Origin: Camelus dromedarius
Lineage: Eukaryota
DNA length: 64,000 nucleotides
Assembly: GCF_036321535.1 (NCBI RefSeq)
Contig: NC_087436.1
Span: 113,896,001-113,960,000 of the forward strand
Direction of reading: 5' to 3'
The position numbers and the translations under genes were made by a program. This document shows positions 24,110 to 37,712 of this stretch, in pieces. Under the pieces are notes generated by a model that saw only the letters and a program-made list of their open reading frames with translations, did not search any database and was not told the DNA's origin. Numbering within the stretch: position 1 is the first letter of the stretch; every line of letters begins with the position of its first letter.

Positions 24110-26200
24110 CCGACTAGCTTTTCATAGGTTTATTTATGATTTGCTTTTCATCTTCTGAGAACTGCCTTTTTAAATATCTTATCCATGTTTTGAGTAGATG
24201 ATTTGTGTACTTCTTACTGGTCTCAAAGTATTATTTTCAGATTAAGAATTCTTTGTCATTTATTTTTAAATATTCTTTCCAGCCTGTTGTAATAGCTTTA
24301 GCCTTTTAAAAATCGTAAGTTCATTATAGTCAAATTTGGTTTTGATGTATTCTGAATTTCTTTAATGGCTTAGGACCTTTCTCTCACCACAAGATTTATA
24401 AATGTTCTCTCAACTTTTCTTCTAATACTTTAAACTTTTAAAATAGTTAAATATTAACTTATTTGGAATGTTTTATATACTCTTAATTGTGTTTTGAGAT
24501 AAATAATCAACTATTCTTGCACTATTTATTAATAAAATATTATATTTCTGTGGAATCAAAATTCTATTTTTACTATATACTAAATATGGGTTTCATCAAT
24601 TTCTAGACTTTATGTATTCCCTTTATTTAATTGATTTGGTTATTTTTGGATGAAATCTGTATAGTTCTAATTACATGGCTTTATACTAAGGTCTAATACC
24701 TGGGAAAAGTCAAAGTATGCCCCTTCACTAATCTACTTTATCTTTCTTTTTTTTACTGAAGCCTATTTATTGTTATATTAATTTTTAAAAATTATAGTTA
24801 AGTTAAAATAGCATTCTAATTAAAATTACATACACTCATTAATTTTTGGAATAATTAATATTTATATAATATTAGTTATCCCTAACCAGGAATGAATAGT
24901 TTATTTTCCTTAGTTCAGATCTTATTTTATGACCAACAAAAATATTTTGGTTGTTTTCATATAGATTTTGTGGTCTTTTTAAATTTACTCTTTGGTGTTT
25001 ATAGATTATGTGTATTGTAAATTGTATTTTTCATTTTCTTTTCTAACTGGTTATTGTTAGTGTAAGGGGAAGAAAACTTTAATTTTGTATATGTACTGAA
25101 TCCAAGCACCTCACCAACTTACTTTATTCATTCGAGTCCTTGATTCTGTTTTCCTAGGGCTTCCCTTCTTATTTTTCTCCTTTCCTTCCATCCTTCTTTC
25201 CTTCCTTCTTTGCTTTTTTATTTCCTTTCTAAAGTTTTCAGTCATCAATATTCAAAGAAATCTTATTTTATTTTCTAACAGTTATATTGATATTCTTTAT
25301 CTTCTCTTATTGCGTTAGCTAAAACCTTCAAACCAATGGTTGACATCTCTGTCTTATGGTTAACTTTAATGAAAGTGACTTCGAGCGTATCTTCGTTTAA
25401 TTTGATGTTTGCTTCATTTAATTCACTTAATTTGATGTTTGCTATTGGAAATAGTTTTCCTTGTGTTAAATGTTTTTCTTCTATTTCCATTTTATGTGGG
25501 GATTTTTTACCAATAATAGTTGCCTTGTTGATCACCATGTCATTTTTCTCCTTGGACACTTTTTGTCATGATGAATTATTAACATAGATTTTCTGATACT
25601 GAACAATTCTATAATCTTGGTAATGACATACTATTCTTTTCATACTATTTTGGATTTTTGATTTTTTAGCTATTTTTTCTCAAATTTGAACATCTATATT
25701 TATAGGTAATATTAATATATATCTCAATTTCTTCGTATTATGATCATAAAGTTTTAATATCAAGTTTATGCTTTATTACTAAAACAGGTTGGGAAACTAT
25801 TCTATACTGTTTTGAAATTTGAATAAGCCTTGGAAATATCTTCAATTTAAACGTTATATAAAAATGTAGCAAGGAACTAGAGTATGTTTCTCTTTTAATT
25901 AAAATACTTTTATCTACATTTCTGAACTGTTCATATTTTCAATCTGTTTTTGAATCAGTGTTAGTGATTCATATTTTGCTAGAAAACAGCAACTTACTCT
26001 GCTTATTTAAATCCATTCCCATGCAATTGCACACCTGTGTTCATAAATCTCATTTCTGATAGTCAGTTTTAAAATTTTTTCTCAATTTTACTTACCTTTA
26101 CTTACCAGAGATTTATATATGATTTATCATGTTTTTTTTTTTTTGTCTCTAATATCTTCTTCTGGGGTACTTTCTAATTTTTTTCCCTAATTGCTTAAAA
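24110..26200 (-). mobile_element. Old L1 (L1ME-type) ORF2 fossil
   Basis: T-rich antisense L1 composition; ORF 25275-25559 (ANIKLNEDTLE...LKVLANAIREDKE) aligns to the L1 RT region ANIILNG..LE...LEVLA.AIRQEKE. Confidence 0.8.
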
Positions 26201-27754
26201 AAAAAACTTTAATTCTCTGTCAAACTTTTATTAGAATATATAATATAAATCAAATCATCTATTCACAAAATAATTATAGAATCAAGAAACTGATACAAAT
26301 AAACCTCACAATAAATTTTATATACAGCTATTTTGAGAAGAAAAGGATTAGTGAGAGCAGGAGAACACAAGGAAGTTGGTCACGAGTAATAAGGCTTAAC
26401 AATTGAAAGGAGAAAGAGAAGTAGCAAGATCCTCCAAACTATGTGAGCTAATAGGTATTTCCACAAAGAATCTTCCTGGTTAATTCATTGTGGAACCACC
26501 AATTGTGTTACAGAGAATTGAGCTGTTCCTGAAGTAGAGAAGTCATCTTGGGAACTAATTAAAACTGAAGGATTGTTTCTGTGTCCAGACCTTGGCTTTC
26601 ATTAAACTTTCACTTACTTCACTGGATCCAATAAAATCCAGGCTCCCAAACTGAGTAAGAAGAAATGTCTGTTCAGTACAAGATCATAAAGGTAGCTCTC
26701 CAGCACCAGAGCTGCAAAGATGGTGACAATGTGATGCAGTTCTGCTTGTGGTGGAGAGAGGCTTCATGTGGGCAGGAGGAGAATTATAGACATCAGTAGC
26801 CTATAGACCAAAAATTCAACTCAATGAGAATTTTCAGAGTGAACGCTCCTATTTGAGATGAGAGAGGAAAAAGCAAGGGAGCAATTTCCTTCAGATATTT
26901 CTCTTTGAAAATGATAGTATATTAAGAGAATGTAAAAGTAAGAATGTTTAGTGTTTTCAAGACTCACCTTTGATTTATTAAAGTCAGTGGACTTCCCATG
27001 TTCACAAAATAACAAAACAACCTCCTCTGACCCCAACCTTTATTTGTAAGATTTGTTGCCTCAACTCATGGGATAAATGGTTTTCATCCAGGAGAGAGAA
27101 CCCAGAGGAGGCATTTTTGTCTTTTAAGAGACGTTAGCCTTCATTCAGAGGTAAAAAGAAAATGCAAAATGAAAAGACCCTCCTATGTCATGTCAGCAGA
27201 TATGGGATATTTCCAATTTTCTTTTCATGACCTCTCAGAAAAAACATAGTCTCAAAAGTGCTGTTCAACTGGAAAAAGAAATTGCCCAACAATTATAGAT
27301 TCATTCAATATAAGGTGTGTGGTTTCTGGAAAATGCTTCGACAATAACAAAATATTCCACACTTTGCTACCATTTTAGTGAATCATAAAGAATTTCTTGA
27401 AGGTCTAGAGCTTTGTAATAAAAAGTAATTTTTGCTAATATATTCCCTAGACATAAGGTATTGTGTTATATTGGATTGCATACATTAAGCCAAATTCTCT
27501 CTTGTTCCGACTTTTATAATTCCAGAGACTTCCTGCAAGTTTTATGTAATGTGAAGGAATTTGCTTACAGGTCATTACAAACAACTTGTTCGTTTTCTTC
27601 ATGAGCAGTGTAAAGAAACTACTCCTGAAATGGAGGGTAAATGTAAGAAAAAAGGAGAAGTTGAAATTATTGATGATTTTACTCATAAATACTGAAATGA
27701 GAAAATTGAAAAGGTTGAATTTTTTTGCCATAGCATTTCTCAATGCTCACAGTA

Positions 27755-28270
27755 TTTTATTGAAACCTAATTTACTTGCAATAAAATGCATAATCATAAT
27801 CGTACATCTTAATGCATCTTGTCAAGTGCATACACCAAATAGCCACCATCTAGTTAAGGTATAAATGTGCTCCAGAAAGTTCTTGTCTGACCTTTTCATT
27901 TAATTCCTCTAAAAACCAATCATTATTCTGATTTCCTTAATTAGCTTTGCTTATTCTCAATCTTTACATAAATGGCATCAAAAATAGGTATTATTTAATG
28001 CCTACCTTTTTTTCACTTCTTTCACTCATGTTTTTGGAAACCATCCATGTTGTTGCATGTATTAGTGGTTTATTCTTTTTTATTGGTATTCCATTGCATG
28101 AATATTCTACAAGTGTGTTTATCCACTCTATTGATGGGCATTTGGGTTGTTTCCAGTTCATAGGTATTATGACTAGCATACATTGAATAATTTTATACTC
28201 GCCTTTTTCTGGATATACTCATTTATTTCTCTTGGCTATATGGTTAGGAATGGACTTGCTGAGTCATGTG
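27755..28270 (-). mobile_element. L1M (ME/MD-type) ORF2 end and 3' UTR
   Basis: ORF 27991-28179 NWKQPKCPSIEWIN...IHATTWM matches the L1 ORF2 C-terminus; gatgggcatttgggttgtttccagtt. Confidence 0.85.
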
Positions 28271-28544
28271 AAATGGTGCCATTATTTTTCATCTCAAAAT
28301 TAAAGAGAAGTTGATTGTTACTTTCATTATTTAATGATTATGTAAGAATATTCTTGAGTATGGAACAACACTAATGCATTTGAGAGTGTTAAACATCATG
28401 TCAGCCATGGGCTAGTGGAAAAAATTATTTGTATCATCATTGAAACTTCTCTTTAATTTTGAGATGAAAAATAACATTTTACTACCATCCAAAGTTCAGA
28501 TCCTCTTCAAGATGTTTTCAATTATTCCAATAACGTATTTTACA

Positions 28545-29985
28545 GAAAATAGTCATGTCCAGAATCATGAGTTTCGTTTCGTTTATATGTACCTTTACTC
28601 AACTTTTATCTGGGAATTTTCGAAAGTCTTTCTTTGACTTTCATGATCTTGATGATTTCACATTATAAGCCAGGTGTTTTGTTGAACATCCTTCAATTTT
28701 TAGGTTTGATTAGATTCAGGCTATGCATCTTTGACAAGAATATCACTGCAGTAATGCTTCTTGTCCAGTCCACACGCTTTTGACTTGTCCCATATTTGAT
28801 GATGCTTGCTTTGATCACAGGATTAAGGTGGTGTCTGTCAGGCTTCCCACAATAACATTACTCTGTTCCCTTTTCTATATAAGGATTTTATGGGGAGGTA
28901 TTTTGAATCTACATAAATACCTTATTTCTCATTAAACTTTTAATTTATCATTTACAATTTTATAAAAAAAAAGTAGAGTCATGGGTTCCTGTTTTATTTA
29001 ATGGGTTATAATTCAATTCATTCATTATTTTAATGCTGAAATTATCCCAAATTTGGACAGTATAAGTGCTTCCAGCTGTCTTCTTTGTCCTTTTGATAAG
29101 CCCCCTCATTCTTTGAGCACTTTCTTACTTTCAAGTACAATAAAATGTTTAAGTCTCATCTTGTTCTTTTCCTGCCCTGGCCCAGGAATCAACCACTTTT
29201 TCATGGTTCCCTGTTCCTGTTAGTGGATCACAGTATTTAGAAGCTAAGATCTGGTTCCTGGATGTGCTTCTTCTACCCCCAGACCCTCTCAGTGGGACTG
29301 AGCAGTGCATATGAATATTCACACACGTACATATGCACATACATTTACGTCTTTTGTTCTCTATAGATGATTTTTCATGTGTTTTCAATACCTCTGATGC
29401 TAACCCAACACCACAGGTTCAATTCTAGTTTTCTTTATTTCAGTATTTGTAAGAAGTCCTTTTCCTGACAGTCATAAATTTGGTTTCCATTACCCTTAAT
29501 ATTTACTTATTTGATCAATTCTTCAGTATGTAACCAGTATCTCATGGTCACCACTACCTCCTCTATAAAGATATTTGCTTGACTCCACGCAAGCTCCAAC
29601 AACCCACACTGGGTTCCATTGCTGTCCCCATGCTTGAATACCCTCCTCACCACATTTAAACTCCAATCACTTAAGCTGGGAGCTTCCTTACCCTTATTGA
29701 TTTCTGAGACTCCAAGATGGACCATCTCCTTAATCTATTCAGGCTCTGTCACCCAACACTCTGACATATCTTGAAATGGGCAGTCTCAACACCCTCCTTG
29801 GGCTTGGACACTGCAGGCCAAGCCATCCTCTCCTAGGGGACACCTCTTCATCCAGTTAAGGCTTCAGCAGCTTACTCTAGTCCACCATGGCCTCCACAGG
29901 GTCACCCACCATGGACACCAAATGTGCTTGACCCCACCTGATATCTTTAGGACTGAACTCTTTGAGAAAGGAAAGAAAGAGAAGA
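28545..29985 (-). mobile_element. L1MC4/L1MC5-like 3' UTR
   Basis: gattagattcaggctatgcatctttgacaagaatatcac, attaaggtggtgtctgtcaggcttc, tatttagaagctaagatctgg, C-rich subrepeat region. Confidence 0.7.
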
Positions 29986-30019
29986 GATGAGTGATGACTT
30001 TTAATGCTAATACAGATTA

Positions 30020-30518
30020 ACCATTTTAGCAATTGGTTCTCACAAAATTTGTTCATTGATTTTTGCCAAACTCTGGTATCCATGAATAGCTTGTGGTTAC
30101 AGATTAATCATAATTTGACAAATGTTTTTGCAGATAAATTCATTAACTGATTTGCCAATAAATTTATTAAATCTGATATGTGATCTTCTGTTAAATTATT
30201 TCTCATCCTTGTACAAATCATGCTCAATAAACTGAAACTTTTCTCGACCTCAGCACTAAATCAAGCTCTGATTTGCACTATTTAATGATTATTATGGTGT
30301 AGATATTCGCTTGAGGCCAATTTCAAGCTACTGACATGATGTAAGTGAACATGATTGGTAAGAAAGGAGCAGTAGTGTTTCTATTATAAAGGCACAATGG
30401 ACATATATACTGTCAGGAGCATATGTAATAGTAAAATGCTGTGAAATAATTAGGAAGTAGAAAATTTTGAGTTTTTATTACATGTGTTTTTATATAATTT
30501 ATTTATTTGTAAGTTTAT
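30020..30518. mobile_element. MER63-like hAT-Blackjack fragment
   Basis: ggccaatttcaagctactgacatgatg, aatagtaaaatg...aaataattaggaagt...ttttgagtttttattac...tttatttatttgtaagtttatat. Confidence 0.75.
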
Positions 30519-30825
30519 ATTTACAATAACCAGGATATTGAAGCAACCTAAGTGTCCATCAACAGATGAATGGATTAAAGATAGGTGGTATATATACATA
30601 ATGGAGTATTACTCAGTTATAAACAAGAATGAAAGTTTGCTGTTTGCTTCAGGTGGATGGACCTGACGGGTATTACACTTAGTGAAATAAGTCAGACAGA
30701 GAAAGGCAAATATTGTATATTTTTACTTATATGTGGACTCTAAAAATGAGACAAATAAAAGAATAAAATGGAAACAGACTCACAGATACAGAGAACAAAT
30801 TAATGGTTACTAGAGGGGAGAAGGA
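30519..30825 (+). mobile_element. L1 ORF2 end and 3' UTR (laurasiatherian type)
   Basis: ORF FTITRILKQPKCPSTDEWIKDRWYIYIMEYYS; agtgaaataagtcagacagagaaag; acagactcacagatacagagaacaaa. Confidence 0.9.
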
Positions 30826-31614
30826 CATGGTTGCTGTTGTTAATGAAAGTTAATGCCTCTTTGGGCTGAATCTGGTCTGACTCAGAGGTAACCTGCAAGG
30901 CCTGAACACTGTCAGCCCTGAGGATACCGTGTTTCACTCCTCCTTCAAAGGCATGGCAAATGACTGCTGTGAAAGCAATCTAAGACGGTTTCTTATGATG
31001 AGAACAGAAAAGTAAAAAAGAAACATAATTACTATAACCGAAATTGTGCTAGACCCAGTGAGGGATACAGAGCACATAGGTGACGTTGCACGGCACTCCA
31101 GGAGCTTAAGGTATAGTCAGTACTGTTTTGGTGTCCCATGTAAGATGGATAGTCTTACAGGATAAAATTTGTTTGAGATCAAATGCAGAAAACAAAGGGA
31201 GGGGTACAGTGGCCTGGGAGTCAGAAAAAGGGAAGAATTAAACCAGCCAGGGTGAAGAGAGAGTTGATCAGGGGAAGTCTTTTTGAAAAGATGGCATTCT
31301 ATAAAATACATATATAGAAATAGACCAGGGTAAAAACATGGGAAGCAAGGAGAAGCATTTCTGGCAAAATGTGGACATCCAATAAATGCTTGGATATAGA
31401 AAAGCCATGACCAAGTATGGTAAACAGTTCTTAATCAGTTATGAGCTCTCCGACATGGGAACATGTGAAGCAAATGCAGAATCATAGGTGACTGGGTAAC
31501 AAACGTGGCTTTTGCCCTAAAGGGAAAAGACTAAATGAGATTTTCCTTTTATTTTTTATATTATATATTTACTAACTCTTTTGCAACTTTAATTCTAAAT
31601 ATACAACTATACAC

Positions 31615-31735
31615 AGTATGAGTATGTTTGTATGTGTGAGTGTGTGTATGTGTGAGTGTGTATATGTAGGTCTCCCTATCTGTAAACATAGAGAAATACA
31701 CACACATACACACACATATATATATACATGTGTAT
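31615..31735. repeat. TG-rich and CA-rich simple repeats in inverted arrangement
   Basis: tgtgtgagtgtgtgtatg...tacacacacatacacacacatat. Confidence 0.8.
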
Positions 31736-32179
31736 GTAAGTCTGCTTCTCCTAACGATAGGCTTTCATCACAATGAACAGACTTTTAATATTTACAGTGG
31801 GATTTTTAAAAAATGAGACAGAGTTTATTTAAGAAAAGAGTCTTACTGAACAGAACTTTTATGCTTTCCACAAAGCAGGTAGTGTCTCTTTATGGCATTA
31901 CAGTGGGATGATTTTTAGGATATAAAACCTTGCCTAATATTTCTGTAATGAAGAGTATCATACATGTTCCAGGAGATTCTTTTGGTAACTACCAAAAAAC
32001 AAAATGAACGTACTTCTGTTACTAAAGCAAAATGTATATAGAAATGGACGCTAAAAACATAGTTATTTCATTAACATACATTCTTCAGCAACATCCTGAA
32101 AATAGCAGGTAATCTTAAACCCTCTTTCATAACTTCAGAGGACCAGCAATATTTCCTTCCAAATTTCACACTGGTCATT

Positions 32180-32689
32180 CATCAGCTGATTCTCAGATTT
32201 AACCCCTTGCCTCACCCTGTCCTGTGGTGCACAGAACTTCACTTCCCAGGGTCTCCTGCCCTCTGGTTTCCAAGTAATTCTGTCCAATGAGCAATAACAT
32301 CACAACTGGCCAGAGCATGGAGAGTGGGGAGGAGGGTGTCTCTCTCCATTATTCTTCACTTTAGGTAGCATTTCTAGCATCAGATGCCTCACTTTGGTGG
32401 CTCCAGGTCCCCTTGGTCAGGCCAGCCCCACCATGTAGTTATCATGATTCCAGCTTCTGCTAAGTGGTCCCAAATTCTGGGCTCTGGTAAGAATTGGTCA
32501 TCCCTTTGTTCCCTCAGGCTTTGTAGTGGTTTCATATGGTGCTAATTATAATCACCAAGTTGCTTCACAGATCTTAGTTGGGATTTTCAGCTCCTCTCTC
32601 ACCCATGTTATCAATTCTTTGCATTAAATTCTTCCAATATGAAATACCAAGAGGAGTTTCTGTTTTTAGACCAGACTCTGAGAGATACA
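32180..32689 (+). mobile_element. LTR33-like ERVL solo LTR
   Basis: cacttcccagggtctcctgccctctggtttcc...ccaatg; ggctctggtaa; attaaattc...gaaatacc...gtttctgttttt...gataca. Confidence 0.75.
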
Positions 32690-32776
32690 AATGTCTTCTT
32701 TAGAATTTCTCTTTTGCTCAGTCATCTGAGAGGTAGAAAAGATTGAAATGAGAAAGTCTACCCAAAGAGGGTATAC

Positions 32777-32841
32777 CTTTGCTGTATACCTGAAACTAAC
32801 ATAACACTGTAAATCAACTATACTTCAATTTAAAAAAAAAA
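32777..32841 (+). mobile_element. Short L1 3' tail
   Basis: ctttgctgtatacctgaaactaacataacactgtaaatcaactatacttcaatttaaaaaaaaaa. Confidence 0.85.
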
Positions 32842-32924
32842 TGTGCCCTCCTGAAAAGGCTGCTGGGAGGATTGGATGCAACAATCATGTTTAGCTCACT
32901 GTACTGCAGGTAGCTCTTTCTTCT

Positions 32925-33040
32925 CCACTGGAGTCTGAGCTTTGTGAAGCCAATAACTTAGTCTTTGTATCCCAGAGTGGAGCACAGTGTCAGGTGCATA
33001 ATAGGAAGTCAATAATTTATTGATGATTATTAAATGAATC
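32925..33040 (+). mobile_element. L2 3' tail
   Basis: tctttgtatcccagagtggagcacagtgtcaggtgcataataggaagtcaataatttattga. Confidence 0.7.
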
Positions 33041-33877
33041 ACATAGACTTATGTTTCAAGTTATACGATGCTGAAAAACATAACATGGTATTATTTTTTT
33101 ATGATGTCTCTAAATATTTGATCAGATTATCAGAAACACTACGAGTGTTAATGAGAAGGCATATGAGACATTTTATTTTTTGTAGACACTTTGGCAAAGT
33201 CATCCAGCACCCCTCTGAACCCTGCTTGCATATTGCCAGACACAGGATGCTTACTATGTCCCAACACGTCTTGTCTTGTCTCAGAAGTCCCTTTCAGAAA
33301 GGACTGTCCAGTGCCTGCACTCGAGATAAGACAGCATGTCAAAGACCAGGTGTGTACAGTTTCTGTATCTGTGCATGACATATGCAAATATTTAACAGGT
33401 TAACCCCTGGTGATTGTACACTGGTGACTTTTAAAATTTCCACAGCCTTTCCAGTTTATAGTTCAGGTATAAGCTATTAGAGGTGATAATGAATTTGCCA
33501 TTTATATGCACAATTGCTAAGGATTTTGCAAGGAAGATGATCTGATTCTCTAAGGGTTTATTCCTTAGGAATAATCCTTCCCAGGGTTCAGTCTAGCCTG
33601 ATGAATGCTTCTTGGCTATTTACTTCTATGTACAAAATAAAATCAGCTATTCCTTTGAGTATGTTTTCTATACAGCTCCAAAAAAAAAAAAAAAAAACTA
33701 TGCAGCTTGAACACTTCTTTAAAAGATTTTTTGGAAGTTCAGTTTCTAAGGTTTTTACTTTTCTGACCATCCAGTAGTCTGAAAATAATCCCAGGCATTT
33801 TATAAACCTTTTATGTTCTGTTCTTAATTCCATCTCTTTTTGCTCCTCAAATCTATTTTGACCCCACTACAAGACAC

Positions 33878-34075
33878 TTTTATTTATTTATTTATTTTGA
33901 GATGTAATTGACAAGGAGTATTATATGAGTTTCAGGTCTACAACAAAATAATTTGATGTATGTATATATAGCAAAATGATCACCACAATGAGTCTAGTTT
34001 AACGTCCATCACCAAACACATTTATAATTTTTTTCTTACCATGAAGACTTTCAGCAACTTTCAAATATATGCATA
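33878..34075 (-). mobile_element. L1 3' end (L1MA9/laurasiatherian type)
   Basis: ttgagatgtaattgaca...gtttcaggt...aaatgatcaccacaatgagtctagtt...tcagcaactttcaaatata. Confidence 0.8.
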
Positions 34076-34584
34076 AAATATGCTCTTTATACAACCAGGA
34101 TTGTTTCCCTCACTTGTCTTAAAAGCATTCTTTTGGATCTTAAAATCTGAGAAAGATCTTCCCTAATTTTTCCACTCTGTGGTGCATAGAAAATTCGATT
34201 TGCAGTATGACACAGGGATAAACAGACAAATGTGCTTGTGGCAAGAGGGGACTGCCAACATTTTGCTGCACCAGGTGGGAAACCATGGACTGATGAATAC
34301 TCCAGTTCCTGAGCGTGGCATCCATTCTCTTTTCCAATAACCACGTCATTACTCCAAGACCTCCAGTTCTGCTTCTGCTGCACCTTATTTGTTTTGCATC
34401 TTTCAGGGATCACTCACATTTCTTGCCTCATGTCCAGTCATTTTATATATTTTGTCTTTTGTTTAATTGCTTATTTGTTTCAGTCAGGAAGGTAAACCCT
34501 GGCCCTGTGTAGTGGGTGTGTACTATTCCTTCTAATTCTCTTCCCTGTAATCTTCTCTCCCCGGAATCAGGTAGTTTAATTGCA

Positions 34585-35032
34585 TCCCAGAACAAAGCCT
34601 AATAATATTTATTAAAATTCAAAAATGTCTATTACTCAATAAGATAAAATTCACAATGTCTGACATCCAGTTAAAAAGTACCAGGAAATATAACTCATAA
34701 TGAAGAAAAAAGACCAATGAATCTAAACTGACCCAGAAGTGATACAGATGTTAAAGAAAAAGAAAAAAAAAAATCAGAGGGCCACTAAAGAGAAAGGAAC
34801 TAAATCAGCTAAGCAGAGACATGGAGGATATTTTTAAAAAATAAAAATCTAGTTTCTAGAGATGGAAAAATTATCTATAAAAAAAAAAATCAATGAATGG
34901 GGTCAGTGGCAGATTAACCATTTCAGAAGAAAAGACCGGGAAATAGGATGGCATAGAAATAAAAACAACCCAAAATGAAACAGAATTTTTTTAAAAAAAG
35001 AGAAAATCAAACAGAAAAAATAAACGAGCTTC
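34585..35032 (+). mobile_element. Old L1 5'/ORF1-start fragment
   Basis: gataaaattcacaatgtctgacatccag, aaactgacccagaagtgatacagatgtta, ggcagatta...cagaagaaaaga. Confidence 0.7.
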
Positions 35033-35035
35033 ATA

Positions 35036-35128
35036 AAGCAATATGTAAATGAATGGTTGCAGCTGTGTTTTAATAAAACTTTATAAAACATACGGTCTGT
35101 CTACAGGCCTTAGTTCACAGACCTCTGT
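35036..35128 (+). mobile_element. MER58A 3' fragment
   Basis: caatatgtaaatgaatgg...gctgtgttttaataaaactttat...gacctctg. Confidence 0.7.
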
Positions 35129-35874
35129 TTTAGATGAAAGAAGAGATAAACTTATGTGTTCAGTCTTCTGTGTTGAACTAAAAGTCCGCTGTGCCTCCAA
35201 TAAAATTTATTCATTTATTATTATGATTCTTGATACAGTAGGTGCTAAATGAATTAATATCTGTTTAAAGAATGAGTACATCACAAAATTGTGTTGCATA
35301 AATGAAATAATGAATCAATCAAATTGGAGAAATCCTCAGAAAACATCAATCCTAGAATTTCTTTCTTCCTCTGATAAAATTGTTTCAATCTACCATCTTT
35401 CTTTTCCTCGAAGGGTAGAATCTGGGATGAAATGTTTACATCCAGTTTAATGCTTTTTTATGGGACAAGAAAATAGTTTTGGGAGCATATTCTGCAATCA
35501 CTTTCTGGAAATGAGGAGAGAACTTTCTTTCCATTTAACTTGAATGAGGTATATGCCCTTCATTTGAAATTCATCAATGTTGTGAAAGCTATTCCTTGGG
35601 GAAAACACAGGTGCTGTTTTTCCATAAATTATTTGGGTCTCTGTGGAGCCCAAGCAACACAGAAACGGCAGGGAGTTTACAAAATTGTTTCTATATTTGA
35701 AAATGCCACCTAAATGGAAAATGAGGAGAAGCATCTGCCCAAGTGCAAGTTGTTTTGTGGAGAGAGATAAAGAGGGAGGAGGCAGAGCTCAGTAAGATTT
35801 TTTTATCTCAATTCAAAACACTTCTCTTCCATAGGAACATTTTGGATTATTTGATAAAATACAAAACGTCATAT

Positions 35875-36075
35875 TATGGAATCATAAAACTGAAAATTCA
35901 CATGAACGAATGGCCTTTAATGACCATCTCTTCTGGTCCAAACTTCATTCAGTGTTTGAATTCTCTATAACATATTCCACTAAAGGGTTATTGCTCTGTT
36001 CGAATACCTCAGGGACAAAGTGCTTACCATATCTGAGATGCTGTCTTATATTTCTAAAGCTTGCTTGTTCTTGTT
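35875..36075 (-). mobile_element. CR1/L3-like ancient LINE 3' fragment
   Basis: gaatcataaaa...ccatct...gtccaaac...gaattctctataacatattcc...ctctgttcgaatacctcagggaca..gcttacca. Confidence 0.55.
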
Positions 36076-36344
36076 AATGTATTCAAATCCATTTTCTGTT
36101 TTCCTATCACACACAAGAAATGGAGGGTATTGATTATGGAAAGATTTCAGAGGCAATCACAACTGAAGCTGGACATAGAAGAAAGAACCAGGAATGCAAG
36201 CTTATTTGAACACAGAAAATTCAAATTTGTTTTTTGAAAGCTGTTTGAACATGGAAGTTTTTGACGTTTTTTTGAGGTTATATTGAGTCTCCACACCTAT
36301 AAAAGGGTAGTAGTAAGTTAAATTAATGCATCAAACTCAAGCGC

Positions 36345-36552
36345 GTATCTCTGGGTGTATCAGAATCACCTAGAGACATTGTTAAAACACAGATCGTTAG
36401 ACTCCACACTCAGAACTTCTGATTCAGATGGCTGGTCTGGGCCCTAGAATTTGCATTTTTAACTATTTTCCAGGTACTGCTGATGCCGGTGCATGAACCA
36501 CTTAGCCAGATAATCCTAAAGGCAGCTCTTCAACACACAGCTGAGAACCACA
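36345..36552. mobile_element. MER5A hAT MITE
   Basis: atcagaatcacctagaga..ttgttaaaacacagat...ttctgattcag...agaatttgcattt...tgctgatgc...tgagaaccac. Confidence 0.85.
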
Positions 36553-36939
36553 TTTTAGTGAGATACTAACCAAGTAAGAGACTGTGGTTAAATCAACTTT
36601 AGAAACCTTTTATACTGCATCTACCTCTCAGAAGTTTGTATTTCACATTGGCATGATACAGGATCTGAGAAAATCTCATAGTGAAAAGCAAAACCAAAAC
36701 TATTTAACTTTGTTTTACCTAGCATTCATATTTTTATTATATTTGACATATATGCCTGTATATGCTGATAATTGATCTATGAATACCATTACTACTTTGG
36801 AGAACAGTGAGTTAATCTGAGTTTCCTCTAGGTTTCAAGTTTGTTGAGGTCTGTGGACTCTGTGGAAAATATCTGGAATTTATAGGGTAAATACATGGAG
36901 TGGTGAATTTTCAACTCAAAATTGTCCTGTGCTTGCTAC

Positions 36940-37712
36940 TATACAGTCAGGGTTTAATCAGGAGACAAATCTCACAGTGACTTAGGGTAAAGTTTAACGT
37001 AAAGAATCTCACTATAAAAGGGGAGTAGAATGATAATGCATTGGTAATAAGTAGAATGAATGCTAAAGGATACAGGAATTGCAGATATAAAGAGCAACCA
37101 TTGCCCCTAAGGCTGAGACAGAGGATCCAAAGAAGAGGACCCCCAGAGCTGAGATTCCAGACCTTCTCAGAGAGAGCATGGCAGTGGCTCGCTAGATGAC
37201 TAGGTTACATCTCCTCTGCCATACTAGAGGAAGCTTCTGAAAAATCTCTCTTTTAGAACTTGTTAGAAATTTGTCCTCTAGGGTCCTGGACAAAATAGCT
37301 CACGGGTAGGTATCTCACTGAAGGCACTTCACTACGAACCTGCCCAAGAGAGGAAGAGCACCTGCTGGAGGAAGCCGCTGGCCATGGTGTGGGGTTGACC
37401 ATCATGTGCTGTAGGAACTGGGTACTGGAGAAGCTGTGTGTGCTGTAGGAGACAAGCACTGGGAAAACTGCACTGCTGCAGGAACCAGGTGCTGGGTAAG
37501 TCAGTTGCACAAGATCCTGCAAAGTGAGCATACCAGAACCAGGAAGCAAAATCTCTTCCTCTTGCAGTGTTTCCCAGTGCCCTCTGCTAACAAAGCTTGG
37601 CATCATGCCAGGTAGCAAGAAGAAGCAGTCACAGAACCCATCTCTATTATCATAGAGGAGGCAATGAAGGGTAGATTAAGAGCTAGGAGGCAGTAAATTT
37701 ATAACTGGCATC
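36940..37712 (-). mobile_element. LTR41-like ERVL solo LTR
   Basis: Minus strand begins TGCCAGTTATAAATTTACTGCCTCCTAGCTC...ACCCTTCATTGCC; cagtcagggtttaatcaggaga terminus. Confidence 0.8.

Noticed and set aside
25395..25445. Repeated ANIKL motif in an ORF
   Set aside because: Local duplication of ttaatttgatgtttgct within a dead L1 ORF2
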